Origin: an uncultured Granulosicoccaceae bacterium | Lineage (GTDB): Bacteria; Pseudomonadota; Gammaproteobacteria; Granulosicoccales; Granulosicoccaceae | DNA: 64,000 nucleotides | Assembly (NCBI GenBank): GCA_964437945.1 | Contig: CAYTJF010000001.1 | Coordinates: 1,658-65,657, forward strand | Direction of reading: 5' to 3' | Part shown: one piece after another, positions 39,939 through 50,037 of the stretch | Layout of the letters: the number at the start of each line of letters is the position of its first letter | Numbering within the stretch: position 1 is the stretch's first letter | Position numbers and translations under genes: made by a program | The notes under the pieces: model-generated | Databases searched by the model: none | What the model saw: the letters and a program-made list of their open reading frames with translations, nothing else | Told to the model about the DNA's origin: nothing

Positions 39939-41900
39939 TCAGTGTCCACCCATGCCCATATCGATATATCCCGATGGACAAACGTCTGCACAAATATGGC
40001 AACCAATGCACTTGTCGTAGTCAGTATCCACGTACCGACCGGTTGTACTTTTATCTTTCTTCACTCGAAATACCGCATCTTGCGGGCAGTAGATCATGCA
40101 GTTATCACATTCAAAGCACATACCACAACTCATGCATCGCCCTGCCTCGGCAATGGCCTGCTCATCAGTCAGACGCACCATACGTTCTTCAAAGTGACCC
40201 AACACGTGCTCACCTTCAGGTACCTTTTCTTCTCGCTTGTTGCGCTTTTCTTCTTTCCAGTGACCCAGAAACAATTCATCGGCAGCAGCAATTTCGTGTG
40301 CCGAACGATCATCATAGTTATGCACAGCACCTTGCGACTGATCGGTGCCCCACTGAGGCTCGTTGTCGCTATCGATGGGTGCAAGGTTTGACTCTTTGAG
40401 CTTCTGTAACAGATTAAAATGGTGCACATCCACTTTCGGACGTTTTTGTACTTGTTCGTCCTGCAAAAATAAATCGATAGTGTTAGCCGCCACCGATGCC
40501 TGACCTATGGCGGTGGTCAGCAGATGCGGACGGATAATATCACCAGCGACAAAATGGCCGGGGCGATCTTTGACTTGATAAAACCCATCACTGTCGATAA
40601 GCCCGCGACCATTGTCTAAGGATTCAAGACCATGCAGATTACCGCCCTGACCAATGGCAGACACAATAAGGTCGGCTTCAATTTCCTGCTCAGTACCTTC
40701 AACCACTTCAGGTTTACCGTCTTTTTCCAGCGTACATTCGGCCAACACAATACCTGTTGCGCGACCACTATCGTCGGTGATTATGCGCACAGGCATAACG
40801 CCGTTAAGAATCGTTACGCCTTCGGTCAGTGCATCGTGCACTTCATGTTCTGCTGCCGTCATGGCGGTACGCGGCAACAACGAAGTTAGCGTTACCTCCG
40901 CTCCAATACGCTTCGCTGCCATAGCCGAATCGTGCGCCACATAACCATGCACAACCAGCTCGGGTCGTTCCTGTGCATTAAGCTTGTTGATCTTGCCAAG
41001 GCGTCTGGCCACTGATACCACATCAATGGACGTATCACCACCGCCAACACACACCACTTTGTCGCTGGCAACGTGTAAATCTCCCTTATTGAATGCCTCA
41101 AGAAACTTCACGCCACTAACGCAATTTGGCGCGTCCCCTCCTTCAACGGGTAAGGCCCGACCGGTTTGACAACCAAGCGCCCAAAGAATCGCGTCGTAGT
41201 CTTTTTCCAGCGTTTCAATGCTGATGTCCTCGCCCACGCGCGCACCTAACTGAACGTCGATATCGCCCATGGCGAGAATACGATCAATTTCAGCGTCGAG
41301 ATGTTCGCGCGGCGTTCGGTAGCCAGGAATGCCGAACCGCATCATGCCGCCAAGTGCGTCATGATCGTCGAATATAGTACTGGCGTAGCCTTTTCTGCGT
41401 AGTTGATAGGCTGCTGCCATTCCAGCAGGCCCGCCGCCAACAATCGCAATTCGCTTAGTTGATGTTAACGGTGCACTCTCAAATGAAAAACCGTTTTCGG
41501 TTGCCATATCGCCTATATATTGTTCCACCGCATTAATGCCGACAAAGTCGTCAACATCGTTTCGATTACAACCTGCCTCACACGGTGCAGGACACACCCG
41601 GCCCATTTGCGATGGAAACGGATTGGCATCGGTTGAGCGACGAAACGCATACTCTTGCCAGGTCATACCTTCCGGTGGTTTTTCCACACCACGCGCTATC
41701 AACAACCAGCCACGAATATCTTCACCCGAAGGGCAACTACCCTGACACGGTGGTGTACGGTTTACATAGGTTGGGCATTTATGCGATTCATCGGCAACAA
41801 ATATTTGCTGGGTCCAGTTTTTCCAGGAGGTATCACCGTCTTGGTATTTTCGTAGCGTGTGTTGTTCACCTTTGAACGTTTTACTCCAGGGTGTCGTCAT
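39939..41900 (-). CDS. dsrL: DsrL iron-sulfur flavoprotein (DsrL-1 type)
   Basis: PPCQGSCP, GRVCPAPCE..CNR, GGGPAG, GGGDTS and a C-terminal ferredoxin. It lacks the YRR motif of NADP-type DsrL-2. Confidence 0.95.
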   Translation of the reverse strand: MTTPWSKTFKGEQHTLRKYQDGDTSWKNWTQQIFVADESHKCPTYVNRTPPCQGSCPSGEDIRGWLLIARGVEKPPEGMTWQEYAFRRSTDANPFPSQMGRVCPAPCEAGCNRNDVDDFVGINAVEQYIGDMATENGFSFESAPLTSTKRIAIVGGGPAGMAAAYQLRRKGYASTIFDDHDALGGMMRFGIPGYRTPREHLDAEIDRILAMGDIDVQLGARVGEDISIETLEKDYDAILWALGCQTGRALPVEGGDAPNCVSGVKFLEAFNKGDLHVASDKVVCVGGGDTSIDVVSVARRLGKINKLNAQERPELVVHGYVAHDSAMAAKRIGAEVTLTSLLPRTAMTAAEHEVHDALTEGVTILNGVMPVRIITDDSGRATGIVLAECTLEKDGKPEVVEGTEQEIEADLIVSAIGQGGNLHGLESLDNGRGLIDSDGFYQVKDRPGHFVAGDIIRPHLLTTAIGQASVAANTIDLFLQDEQVQKRPKVDVHHFNLLQKLKESNLAPIDSDNEPQWGTDQSQGAVHNYDDRSAHEIAAADELFLGHWKEEKRNKREEKVPEGEHVLGHFEERMVRLTDEQAIAEAGRCMSCGMCFECDNCMIYCPQDAVFRVKKDKSTTGRYVDTDYDKCIGCHICADVCPSGYIDMGMGGH

Positions 41901-41915
41901 CGCTGTCTCCCAAGT

Positions 41916-43415
41916 TTAAAGTTCAGTGTCCATTACCAGTGCGTCACCAACCAACTGATGCACGCTGATAACCTGGTCCATTTCAAAACCATAATAAGGC
42001 AACACTTTTGAGAACTGACTTTTGCAAATGGCACATATAGCCGCCATATGCGTAATCTGATGTTGTTCATTCACTTCTTTTAAAGCCTGCATGCGTGGCA
42101 AAGCACCTTTGGTGCGTAACTCGATCAAGTCATCGGTCAGCAAACCACCGCCACCACCGCAGCAAAACGTAGCTTCACCGATAGTATCGCTGCGCATATC
42201 AAAGAAATTGTTACACGCCGCTTTGATCACGTTTCTGGGCAACACAAATTGTCCACCAGCCTGACTTCCCATACGCGATGCGCGGGCAACGTTACACGAA
42301 TCATGAAACGTTACGCGTTTATCGTCATTGGCTTCGGGGTCGAGCTTTATACGACCCTGTTCAAGCAAATCATGAGTGACTTCAATAATGTGCTGAGGTA
42401 CCGGATAGTTCGCATCCAGAAAATCAAACGGACCTGCCAGTGTATTGAGAAAACTGTAACCAACTCGCCATGCATGACCACATTCACCAAACACGATGCG
42501 TTTTACACCGAGTTCCAAAGCAGCCTCCCGAATACGCCATGCCATCTTCTGCATGTTGTCGTAACTGCCAATGAACAAACCAAAGTTCGCAGCTTCGGAT
42601 GCATACGATGAAACCGTCCAGCTCAGGCCGGCCTGATGAAACACTTTAGCGTAGCCAATCAAGCCATCGATGTGCGGTTCTGCAAAAAAGTCAGCTGACG
42701 GCGTTACCAACAAGACATCAGCGCCTTTGACATCAAGCGGAAATTTAACCGCCACACCATCGTCCTCCAACACGTCCTCTTCCAGTCCTTCGAGCGTGTG
42801 AGCCAACGCTTTCTCCGGCAGGCCCAGATTGTTACCAATCTTATGTACCTTGCCGATAATCTCGTTACAGTACTTCTGACCCTTCCCAACCGTGTCCATA
42901 ATTTCACGAGCAGCCATGGATACTTCAGCTGTATCGATTCCATAAGGGCAATAGACAGAACACCGACGACATTGCGAACACTGGTGATAATATTTGTACC
43001 ACTCATCGAGTACGTCCTCGGTGAGGTCCTCTGCACCCACTAATTTTGGAAAGTACTTTCCAGGTAAGGTGTAATAACGCCTATAGACTTTGCGTAACAA
43101 ATCTTGCCGCGCAACCGGCATGTTTTTAGGGTCGCCAGTGCCAAGAAAATAATGACACTTGTCGGTACATGCACCGCACTTGACGCACGAATCAAGATAC
43201 ACCTGCAATCCGCGATACTTCCTGGTTAACTCACCCAGTTTCTCAACGGCCACCTCTTGCCAATTGTCGATCAGCTCTCCGGGGAAGCCAATGTCCTGTT
43301 GGTGAGCTTTATTCGCCACATAAGGTTGACTGTGTGCCATGGAATCAGGCATCACTGGCGGCGTGTACACATACTCGCCTAATTCAGCGACTTCAAATTC
43401 AGGCGATTTAGCCAT
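41916..43415 (-). CDS. dsrK: DsrK (HdrD-like)
   Basis: CVKCGACTDKC, CSQCRRCSVYCP, ECGHAWR, HDSC, CCGGGGG and CAIC. Confidence 0.96.
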   Translation of the reverse strand: MAKSPEFEVAELGEYVYTPPVMPDSMAHSQPYVANKAHQQDIGFPGELIDNWQEVAVEKLGELTRKYRGLQVYLDSCVKCGACTDKCHYFLGTGDPKNMPVARQDLLRKVYRRYYTLPGKYFPKLVGAEDLTEDVLDEWYKYYHQCSQCRRCSVYCPYGIDTAEVSMAAREIMDTVGKGQKYCNEIIGKVHKIGNNLGLPEKALAHTLEGLEEDVLEDDGVAVKFPLDVKGADVLLVTPSADFFAEPHIDGLIGYAKVFHQAGLSWTVSSYASEAANFGLFIGSYDNMQKMAWRIREAALELGVKRIVFGECGHAWRVGYSFLNTLAGPFDFLDANYPVPQHIIEVTHDLLEQGRIKLDPEANDDKRVTFHDSCNVARASRMGSQAGGQFVLPRNVIKAACNNFFDMRSDTIGEATFCCGGGGGLLTDDLIELRTKGALPRMQALKEVNEQHQITHMAAICAICKSQFSKVLPYYGFEMDQVISVHQLVGDALVMDTEL

Positions 43416-44163
43416 GAGGTTTCTCCGCCCCCTTGTTATGCTGGGGGGAATCACCGGACTTTGCCCATGCCGCTATGTGCCGCCGCTCCCGCGGATTGTC
43501 AACCTGATTTCGCGAAGGACTAAAGAACAAGCCCGGAGCATGCAGCAATTTGGAAAAGGGAAAAATGAACAACAAAATGGCGACTAACAGTAAATGCAAC
43601 GCCAGCACTGGGTTGAATGCCAGAGAGCCAAATTCGAACGACAACAGATCAAGTGCAAATCGTTTAACTTGAATAATATCGGCATGCAGCCAATAGCGCA
43701 TGGCCAGACCTGAACCCGCAATAGCCATTAAAAATATCAGCATCAAAAAGTCGGACGGCGCAGAAATGTAACGAACCCGGTCTACCAAAAATCGTCGGGC
43801 TAACAAACCTGCCAGACCAAACAGCATCATCATTCCTGCATAAGGACTAAACTGCGACAGCAACACGACCCACCACCAGACTGGTTCAGTGAAATAACGA
43901 AGGTGAGATAACAAAACCAGCAGTAAGCCGAAATGAAACAGCCAACCGAACAGCCATGTCCATTTTGACGCTTTAAAAAGACTTTCAAATAACACCACCT
44001 CTCGACCCAAACGCAGAAACACGCCTGATCGAGTGGTGGGCGCCGGAGTAGTGGGAATTTTCAGCGGTGCGGGTGTGGTTGCGTAACGCAACATTTTACG
44101 CAGGGTGCCGATGACAAAAACAGCCATCGTGAAGTACAAAATTGCGCTAAACACGAATCCCAT
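43408..44163 (-). CDS. dsrM: DsrM (NarI-like cytochrome b)
   Basis: PAPLKIPTTPAP, FH..L..VL..HLRYF and FPFSKLLHAPG.F.SP.RNQ. Confidence 0.95.
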   Translation of the reverse strand: MGFVFSAILYFTMAVFVIGTLRKMLRYATTPAPLKIPTTPAPTTRSGVFLRLGREVVLFESLFKASKWTWLFGWLFHFGLLLVLLSHLRYFTEPVWWWVVLLSQFSPYAGMMMLFGLAGLLARRFLVDRVRYISAPSDFLMLIFLMAIAGSGLAMRYWLHADIIQVKRFALDLLSFEFGSLAFNPVLALHLLLVAILLFIFPFSKLLHAPGLFFSPSRNQVDNPRERRHIAAWAKSGDSPQHNKGAEKPHG

Positions 44164-44199
44164 TGAAACACCCGCTCAGACTATACGCCTCGGATTTGA

Positions 44200-44532
44200 T
44201 CAAACACAACCTGTCGGCTTTGGCAGCCCTGCATATTTACAGGCTTGTTTTGCCGGACCATAAGGATAAAGCTCATACAGGTACTTACTGCTACCCTTAT
44301 CTTTGCCTAGCTTCTTGCCAATCGCCTTGGTTAATACACGAACCGCAGGAGCGATTTGGTATTCCTCGTAGTAGTCACGCAGAAAATTAATCACTTCCCA
44401 GTGGTTATCAGACAGCTCACAATCATCGATCTCAGCCATCGCGTTTGCAACTTCTGGCTCCCACTCGGCCAGGTTTGCCAAATACCCCTCTTCGTCGGTG
44501 TCCAGCGACTTGCCGTTTACTTCTAATGTCAT
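44200..44532 (-). CDS. dsrC: DsrC sulfur carrier
   Basis: DEEGYL, HW.VI.FLR and C-terminal CKYAGLPKPTGCV with both conserved Cys. Confidence 0.97.
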   Translation of the reverse strand: MTLEVNGKSLDTDEEGYLANLAEWEPEVANAMAEIDDCELSDNHWEVINFLRDYYEEYQIAPAVRVLTKAIGKKLGKDKGSSKYLYELYPYGPAKQACKYAGLPKPTGCV

Positions 44533-44558
44533 TTGTTTCTCCTAATTGTAAATCTAGT

Positions 44559-44867
44559 CTAGAGCCAGGAATGTACTCGATCGTGTGTGGCCACCAGTTC
44601 GACGAAACCGTCGTAGTCCACCAGGGTCATTGAATCTAACAAGCCCGCACTGCCAAAACCCCTGGCTTGCAGGTCTGGTTGCAATACGTAAAATTGGGAT
44701 TGTTTGGCTGCGTCAAGCAGTTGATCGGCATAGGCCGTATTCGCCAAAGCAGTGATCGATGCGTCCTCAATAAGCAAAACACTGTCCCCTTCTCCAATGC
44801 GTTTCAAACACTGCTCAAGCGTTCGTTTCTCGAACGGGGACTTATTAACAATATTCAGCGTGCTCAT
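44559..44867 (-). CDS. dsrH: DsrH (TusB-like)
   Basis: NKSPFE, LLIEDA, DL.ARG and VDYDGFV.L. Confidence 0.95.
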   Translation of the reverse strand: MSTLNIVNKSPFEKRTLEQCLKRIGEGDSVLLIEDASITALANTAYADQLLDAAKQSQFYVLQPDLQARGFGSAGLLDSMTLVDYDGFVELVATHDRVHSWL

Positions 44868-44877
44868 GATTAAAAAC

Positions 44878-45264
44878 TCAGAAACTCAAAATGACATCGT
44901 GTTGATCGACCAGCGCTTTTATATCACTACCGGGTATGACTTCAACATCCACCAACAAATCGTCGACGACCAAACCACGCTCTTCAAGCGACTCTTTCTC
45001 AACAAACAATTTTTCAACATCGTACATCTCGAGCGCTCGGTATGTTTTTGAAAAATTCTTGAATTCGATGCCTTCAGGGTCTTGTTCTTTTTTTAGCTGA
45101 TATACACCGTCATCGATAAACAGCACGCTGACATCCTGGTCAAACGCAGCACCAATCAGTACTGTCTCAAGCGATTCGAGTGCGTAGACCGTGCCATGAG
45201 GTAATCGTCTGTTGACGTAAAGAAATTTCTTAATTTCTCCGCCCTGGTACTCTTCATCTTCCAT
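44878..45264 (-). CDS. dsrF: DsrF (TusC-like)
   Basis: PHGT.YALESLE..LI.AAFDQDV..LF.DDGVYQL. Confidence 0.95.
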   Translation of the reverse strand: MEDEEYQGGEIKKFLYVNRRLPHGTVYALESLETVLIGAAFDQDVSVLFIDDGVYQLKKEQDPEGIEFKNFSKTYRALEMYDVEKLFVEKESLEERGLVVDDLLVDVEVIPGSDIKALVDQHDVILSF

Positions 45265-45279
45265 CGCTAATTAGTCTTA

Positions 45280-45307
45280 TTTATCCAGTAACTTTTATCC
45301 AGTAACT
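45280..45307. repeat. Perfect 14-bp tandem duplication between dsrE and dsrF
   Basis: TTTATCCAGTAACT x2. Confidence 0.85.
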
Positions 45308-45334
45308 CAAAAATTATCAGCAACCAAGCTATCA

Positions 45335-45727
45335 TCAATCGCCAAACGTGATCAGCCGATCAGCTTCAACACCAGCTTCTACAAGCTGACCCAAACCCGA
45401 AATACGGAAACCTTCAGCGATATTGGTGGCATCTTTGCCGTTGCGTTTGGCCTCATCTTCATCGACCAGCCCACGTCGCTGACAAGCCGCTACACACAAC
45501 ACAAGATCAACGTTATGATCAGCTGCCAAGGCAGACCAGCGTTTCTGTATGTGCCGATCATCTTGTGGCGGCGTGGTAAGACGTGTGCCATTGTTGACAC
45601 CGTCATGATAAAAAAACACGCGCATCACTTCATGCCCGGCATTTATGGCTGCGTTGACAAATTGGTAAGCAGAATCGGTAGCCTGGTGTTGATAAGGCCC
45701 CTCATTAACCAGTACGGCAAATTTCAT
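45335..45727 (-). CDS. dsrE: DsrE (TusD-like)
   Basis: EGPYQH, FFYHDGV, active-site LCVAA and GFRISGLGQL. Confidence 0.96.
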   Translation of the reverse strand: MKFAVLVNEGPYQHQATDSAYQFVNAAINAGHEVMRVFFYHDGVNNGTRLTTPPQDDRHIQKRWSALAADHNVDLVLCVAACQRRGLVDEDEAKRNGKDATNIAEGFRISGLGQLVEAGVEADRLITFGD

Positions 45728-45736
45728 ACTCGAGCC

Positions 45737-46828
45737 CTAGAACCGGATATGACTGGATGAGTTCAGGCTTTTGCGCGAACCCCGCCAGTTGTCAATATGA
45801 TATTTAGTGAATGGCAGCTCGGTGATCTCGAAGAACCGTGGCCAGCCTATACGATCAATCCAGTCGTTTATTCGCTCCCAGTCTTTTGCATCTTCTTTGT
45901 ACGCAAAAAGAATTTTCTTGACCACCGCGGTGGCTTCTGGCCAGCGCGGTGGGTTGTTCGGAATGCCGGCTGCCACCAGCTTTTGAAACGAAGGCTTGCT
46001 ACGTGCATTGGAATGATTGCCACCAACCCACACAGCCAGTTTGGAATGTTCCGGGTCGTTTATCTGCATTGGCGGACATGGAGGATAACAGGCACCACAA
46101 CAGATACATTTCTTCTCATCGACTTCCAGAGACGGTTTACCGTTAACCATTGCCGGGCGAATAGCTGCGACCGGGCATCGTGCAACGACCGATGGCCGCT
46201 CACACACGTTAGCCACCAGATCATGATTTATCTTCGGGGGCTTGGTGTGTTGTATGTTGATCGCGATGTCGCCTTGTCCACCACAGTTTATCTGGCAACA
46301 GGATGTGGTGATATGAACACGGTTCGGCATTTCCGCGTGGGTGAACTCATGAATTAATTCGTCCATCATTGATTTAACAATGCCCGATGCGTCAGTACCC
46401 GGAATATCGCAATGCAACCAGCCTTGTGTGTGCGAAATCATGGCAACCGAATTTTGGGTGCCACCAACGATAAAGCCAGCATCGCCCAATGCTTTAATTA
46501 GTGGCTCTACCTTTTCTTCCTTATCGACCATGTATTCAATGTTCGAGCGGATAGTAAAACGCACATGACCATCAGCAAATTCATCACCGATGTCACACAG
46601 TTTGCGCAGTGTGTAGACATCAAGTATTCGTTGAGTACCGGCCCTGACCGTCCAGATGGCCTCGCCACTGGCGGAAATATGGCATAGAACACCGGGTTTG
46701 GGATGGGTATGATTAACCCACTGACCAAAATTTCGTAGCATCACCGGGTGCAGATACTGCATGCCATCGGGACAACCACTCTCGATTGCCGGACGCATAA
46801 CCTTCTTGGCAGGTTTAGTAGTCGACAT
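45737..46828 (-). CDS. dsrB: Dissimilatory sulfite reductase beta subunit (oxidative type)
   Basis: HTQGWLHCDIPGTDASG, SCCQINCGG, CERP...ARCP and CICCGACYPPC. Confidence 0.97.
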   Translation of the reverse strand: MSTTKPAKKVMRPAIESGCPDGMQYLHPVMLRNFGQWVNHTHPKPGVLCHISASGEAIWTVRAGTQRILDVYTLRKLCDIGDEFADGHVRFTIRSNIEYMVDKEEKVEPLIKALGDAGFIVGGTQNSVAMISHTQGWLHCDIPGTDASGIVKSMMDELIHEFTHAEMPNRVHITTSCCQINCGGQGDIAINIQHTKPPKINHDLVANVCERPSVVARCPVAAIRPAMVNGKPSLEVDEKKCICCGACYPPCPPMQINDPEHSKLAVWVGGNHSNARSKPSFQKLVAAGIPNNPPRWPEATAVVKKILFAYKEDAKDWERINDWIDRIGWPRFFEITELPFTKYHIDNWRGSRKSLNSSSHIRF

Positions 46829-48190
46829 CTAAACAGCTCCTCCGGCAGCCTGACTTGCTGACTTGTCTACTGCCTTATCCGCTAGCTTGTCAGCCGCATT
46901 GTCGGCACGTCGCTCAAACCACTTGGCCGCTTCTTCATCCCAGCCGTCCATCCGAACATACGAGCTCTCGCGCGGGTGAGCGACCATGTTGGGGTCGACA
47001 TCCACACCAATACCTTCAAGAAAATTGACCAGCCCAATGCGCTCGATCATCTCACCAGTACGTTCGTGCTCCAGTGCATTTTCGGCAAAAAAGTCGATTG
47101 TCTCTTCGGCAATTTCAACAATACGTTCGTAGTCTTCTTCGGTTTCAAGTCGCATAAACGGCACGATGACTGTTCCAAACAAATCACCGATTTTTAATGT
47201 GCGCTTGCCACCAATAAGAATGCTAACGCCTTTGTCGTCACCCGGACTGAACGCCGATGGCACTACATTCAAACAATGCATGCAGCGAACACAGTTACGA
47301 TTATCCACCTCGACCGAATCATCTTCTTTCAATGATAGCGAGTTGGTTGGGCAGCGTGTAATGATGTTATCGATGACATGCTGGCGCCCTTTTATTTCAA
47401 CATACTTTTTAAACGCACCCTGATCAACTTTCATATCGTCGCGCCAGGTGCCGATAACGGCAAAATCTGCACGCTCTATTGAATTCATGCAATCGTTCGG
47501 ACATCCTGAAATCTTGAACTTGAATTTATACGGCAAGGCTGGCCGGTGTATATCATCGGTAAAGTTGTTCACCAGACTGCGATGCACCTTGTGTTCGTTA
47601 GTGCACGACATTTCGCAACGTGATGAGCCTACGCACGACATGGCTGTGCGAACACATGGACCAGCACCACCAAGATCAAAGCCGTATTCGTTTATCTCAT
47701 CGAAAAAGTGTTGTGTGTTTTCGGTGGTAGCACCAATAAACATGATATTGCCAGTTTGGCCATGGAACGTCACCAGACCAGAGCCATGTTTTTCCCAGCT
47801 ATTGGCTAAATCGCGCAGCACATCAGTGGTGTAATGATTACCGGCCGGCGGCTGTACACGCAGGGTGTGAAATTCTCTGGATTCAGGAAACATATCCCCC
47901 ACTTCTGAGAAACGCGGGATGATGCCACCACCATACCCATACACACTAACGGTACCACCCTTCCAATAGCCTTTTCGCGTTTTGTACGAATGTTCAAGCT
48001 GACCGAGCAAATCATTGGCCATACCGTTAACACGATCGCTCGGATGGTCATCGCGCAATCGTTTAATACCCGAAACAAAACTGGGCCATGGTCCAGTTTC
48101 CAGATGATCGAGCATGGGGGTATCGTGGGTTTTTTCGCTCGCTTGCTCGTTCTCTTTTTCGCTCTTTTTGCCGGTCTCTTTGTCTGTCAT
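46829..48190 (-). CDS. dsrA: Dissimilatory sulfite reductase alpha subunit (oxidative type)
   Basis: TPMLD.LE.GPWPSF, WKGG.V.V.GYGGG.I.R, CVG..RCE, KFKFK.SGCPNDC and CVRCMHC. The context with dsrEFH and dsrL indicates reverse Dsr. Confidence 0.97.
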   Translation of the reverse strand: MTDKETGKKSEKENEQASEKTHDTPMLDHLETGPWPSFVSGIKRLRDDHPSDRVNGMANDLLGQLEHSYKTRKGYWKGGTVSVYGYGGGIIPRFSEVGDMFPESREFHTLRVQPPAGNHYTTDVLRDLANSWEKHGSGLVTFHGQTGNIMFIGATTENTQHFFDEINEYGFDLGGAGPCVRTAMSCVGSSRCEMSCTNEHKVHRSLVNNFTDDIHRPALPYKFKFKISGCPNDCMNSIERADFAVIGTWRDDMKVDQGAFKKYVEIKGRQHVIDNIITRCPTNSLSLKEDDSVEVDNRNCVRCMHCLNVVPSAFSPGDDKGVSILIGGKRTLKIGDLFGTVIVPFMRLETEEDYERIVEIAEETIDFFAENALEHERTGEMIERIGLVNFLEGIGVDVDPNMVAHPRESSYVRMDGWDEEAAKWFERRADNAADKLADKAVDKSASQAAGGAV

Positions 48191-48891
48191 TGGTGGTCGC
48201 TCCTAAGCGTCAGACAATTTGTCTATTTCTCTGACCGCCATTGTAGAGCGTCCAGTCACATACGACTATCCGTCTTTGTGAACACGTCGGAGCTTGGAGC
48301 CTATTTCTTAAGGAATAGGTCTGTCCAAAATTAAGGCAAATTCGTGCATAAAAGGAACAGAATCAGGTGCTTGGGGCGCTATTATGAAAATCTTACCATG
48401 GCAGCTTTCCGCGGTTGGACCGGTATGTCAGGCCTTGCCCGAAAAAGCAGCTACTCGCCAGTCAGACCCCATACGGTTAGTTAATTATTTCTGGCCGAAC
48501 AATCCACTCATGCCCAGATTCGCTTGTTTGGGTAAAAACAACCTTTTTGCAAGTTTGATGGTTTTTAGATCCCGTTCAGAGCAGTGCGAACCGGCATATC
48601 ACTGACGCACCCTACATTAAATTGCTTTATTTCTCTACAAAAAACTTTTTCTGATTTGTCTCGTTAAGTCTAAATATCAGCGGCTAGTTTGGTGACGCAC
48701 TGCCAAAAAAGAAAATCAATCAAATTTTCACGTCATTTAGAACTAACAAATAACAAAGGTGATCGCTATGCAGCGTTTACTCAGAAGTGCAAAACGAAAA
48801 GACATTGGTTCTACTTTCACCAGGCTTCTCTTCTGATTCGTCACACCGCACTCAAATACGTTTTTTTAACAAAATTAATTGGACTATTGAT

Positions 48892-50001
48892 ATGAATAAT
48901 CGAACTGTCATGATTGCTGTCGCTACATTTGTACTCGGTGGGGCTTTTGGATATCTATTGCAACCCGGTCAATACCAAACCAATCAGTCTGCAGCGGTTC
49001 AATCGACAACGCTAAGCAACTTGCAGAATAAAGCAACTCACTCAATAGAAAACGATTTAGCGGACGACAAAATCGATACACAAAACCCGAATTCATTTAA
49101 AGCAAATGATGTGTCTAAACTGGGAACAAGCGATTCAGAATTGGCCGTAAATCCAACAGTTTCAAGCAGTGCAGAATTAGTCAAAATTCCCCCACCATTC
49201 AGCACCCAACAATTAATCAACGAACTATCGCTGGTTTCAAATTGGCATGATCTTGAACTGCTGGATATAGAAGATATGGCTGAAAGTGAAACAGATTTTC
49301 TAGAAGCCATTGAGCAATCTCCAGAGTTAGTCAAGCCGTTACTACTTGCCTACCAGAATCTATCCGAAGACGGCGCTAAAGACCTACTTCGCTCGATGCT
49401 AGCAGCAAGCGGCGCACTCGAGGTGGAACAGCATGCACTTTCAGCACTCTCTACCAGTGACCTCGATTCAAAAACTCAGTGGCTTTATTTACTAGCAAGC
49501 ACGGGGGTTAATTCGCCAGATTCTCGCGAAACTCTACTCTCGGCAATGGACGGTATGTCAGAGCCCGAGCATTTAAAAGTATCGCTACACGCCTTCTCCC
49601 CGGATATCGTCTCAGCGGAAGAACAGTTCGACATCGCCAATCGACTCGAAGTTTATACAAACCATTCCGATGAAAATGTGCGCGGAGCCGGTGTGGAAGC
49701 ATTGAGCAAATGGACTGATAAAGGCAACAGTCATTTTATAGAAACTGCGCTTAACGACGAATCTGAAATCGTTCGACGGTCGGCAGTGTTCTCTTCATTC
49801 ACTGCTGGCATTCAGTCAGAGTCCATTAAAAATCAGCTTTTTCGCATGCTTGACGACGAATCACAGCCTTATGACTTACGACTCGACATCTTCAACACGC
49901 TTTCAACTTACCAGTTGCAAGGCGAAGAGCGTCAAAAATTCTTTCGTTTCAATGAGGAAGTAGAAGCCATGAACAGAGGTAGTGGAAACGCGAAAGGATA
50001 A
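48892..50001 (+). CDS. Membrane-anchored HEAT-repeat protein
   Basis: N-terminal TM helix, low-complexity linker and HEAT-like repeats (HSDENVRGAGVEALS, ALNDESEIVRRSAV). Confidence 0.75.
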   Translation: MNNRTVMIAVATFVLGGAFGYLLQPGQYQTNQSAAVQSTTLSNLQNKATHSIENDLADDKIDTQNPNSFKANDVSKLGTSDSELAVNPTVSSSAELVKIPPPFSTQQLINELSLVSNWHDLELLDIEDMAESETDFLEAIEQSPELVKPLLLAYQNLSEDGAKDLLRSMLAASGALEVEQHALSALSTSDLDSKTQWLYLLASTGVNSPDSRETLLSAMDGMSEPEHLKVSLHAFSPDIVSAEEQFDIANRLEVYTNHSDENVRGAGVEALSKWTDKGNSHFIETALNDESEIVRRSAVFSSFTAGIQSESIKNQLFRMLDDESQPYDLRLDIFNTLSTYQLQGEERQKFFRFNEEVEAMNRGSGNAKG

Positions 50002-50037
50002 ACCCTACTCAACGTAACTTTATTACAGGAGTCAATT

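Noticed and set aside
39935..48334. Numerous antisense or alternate-frame ORFs over dsr genes (for example 45797..46357, 39942..40391)
   Set aside because: They are shadow ORFs of strongly conserved genes, with no motifs or RBS support.
48336..48352. Sigma-54 promoter upstream of dsrA (TATGCACGAATTTGC on the minus strand)
   Set aside because: It lacks the invariant GG at -24 with the correct spacing.
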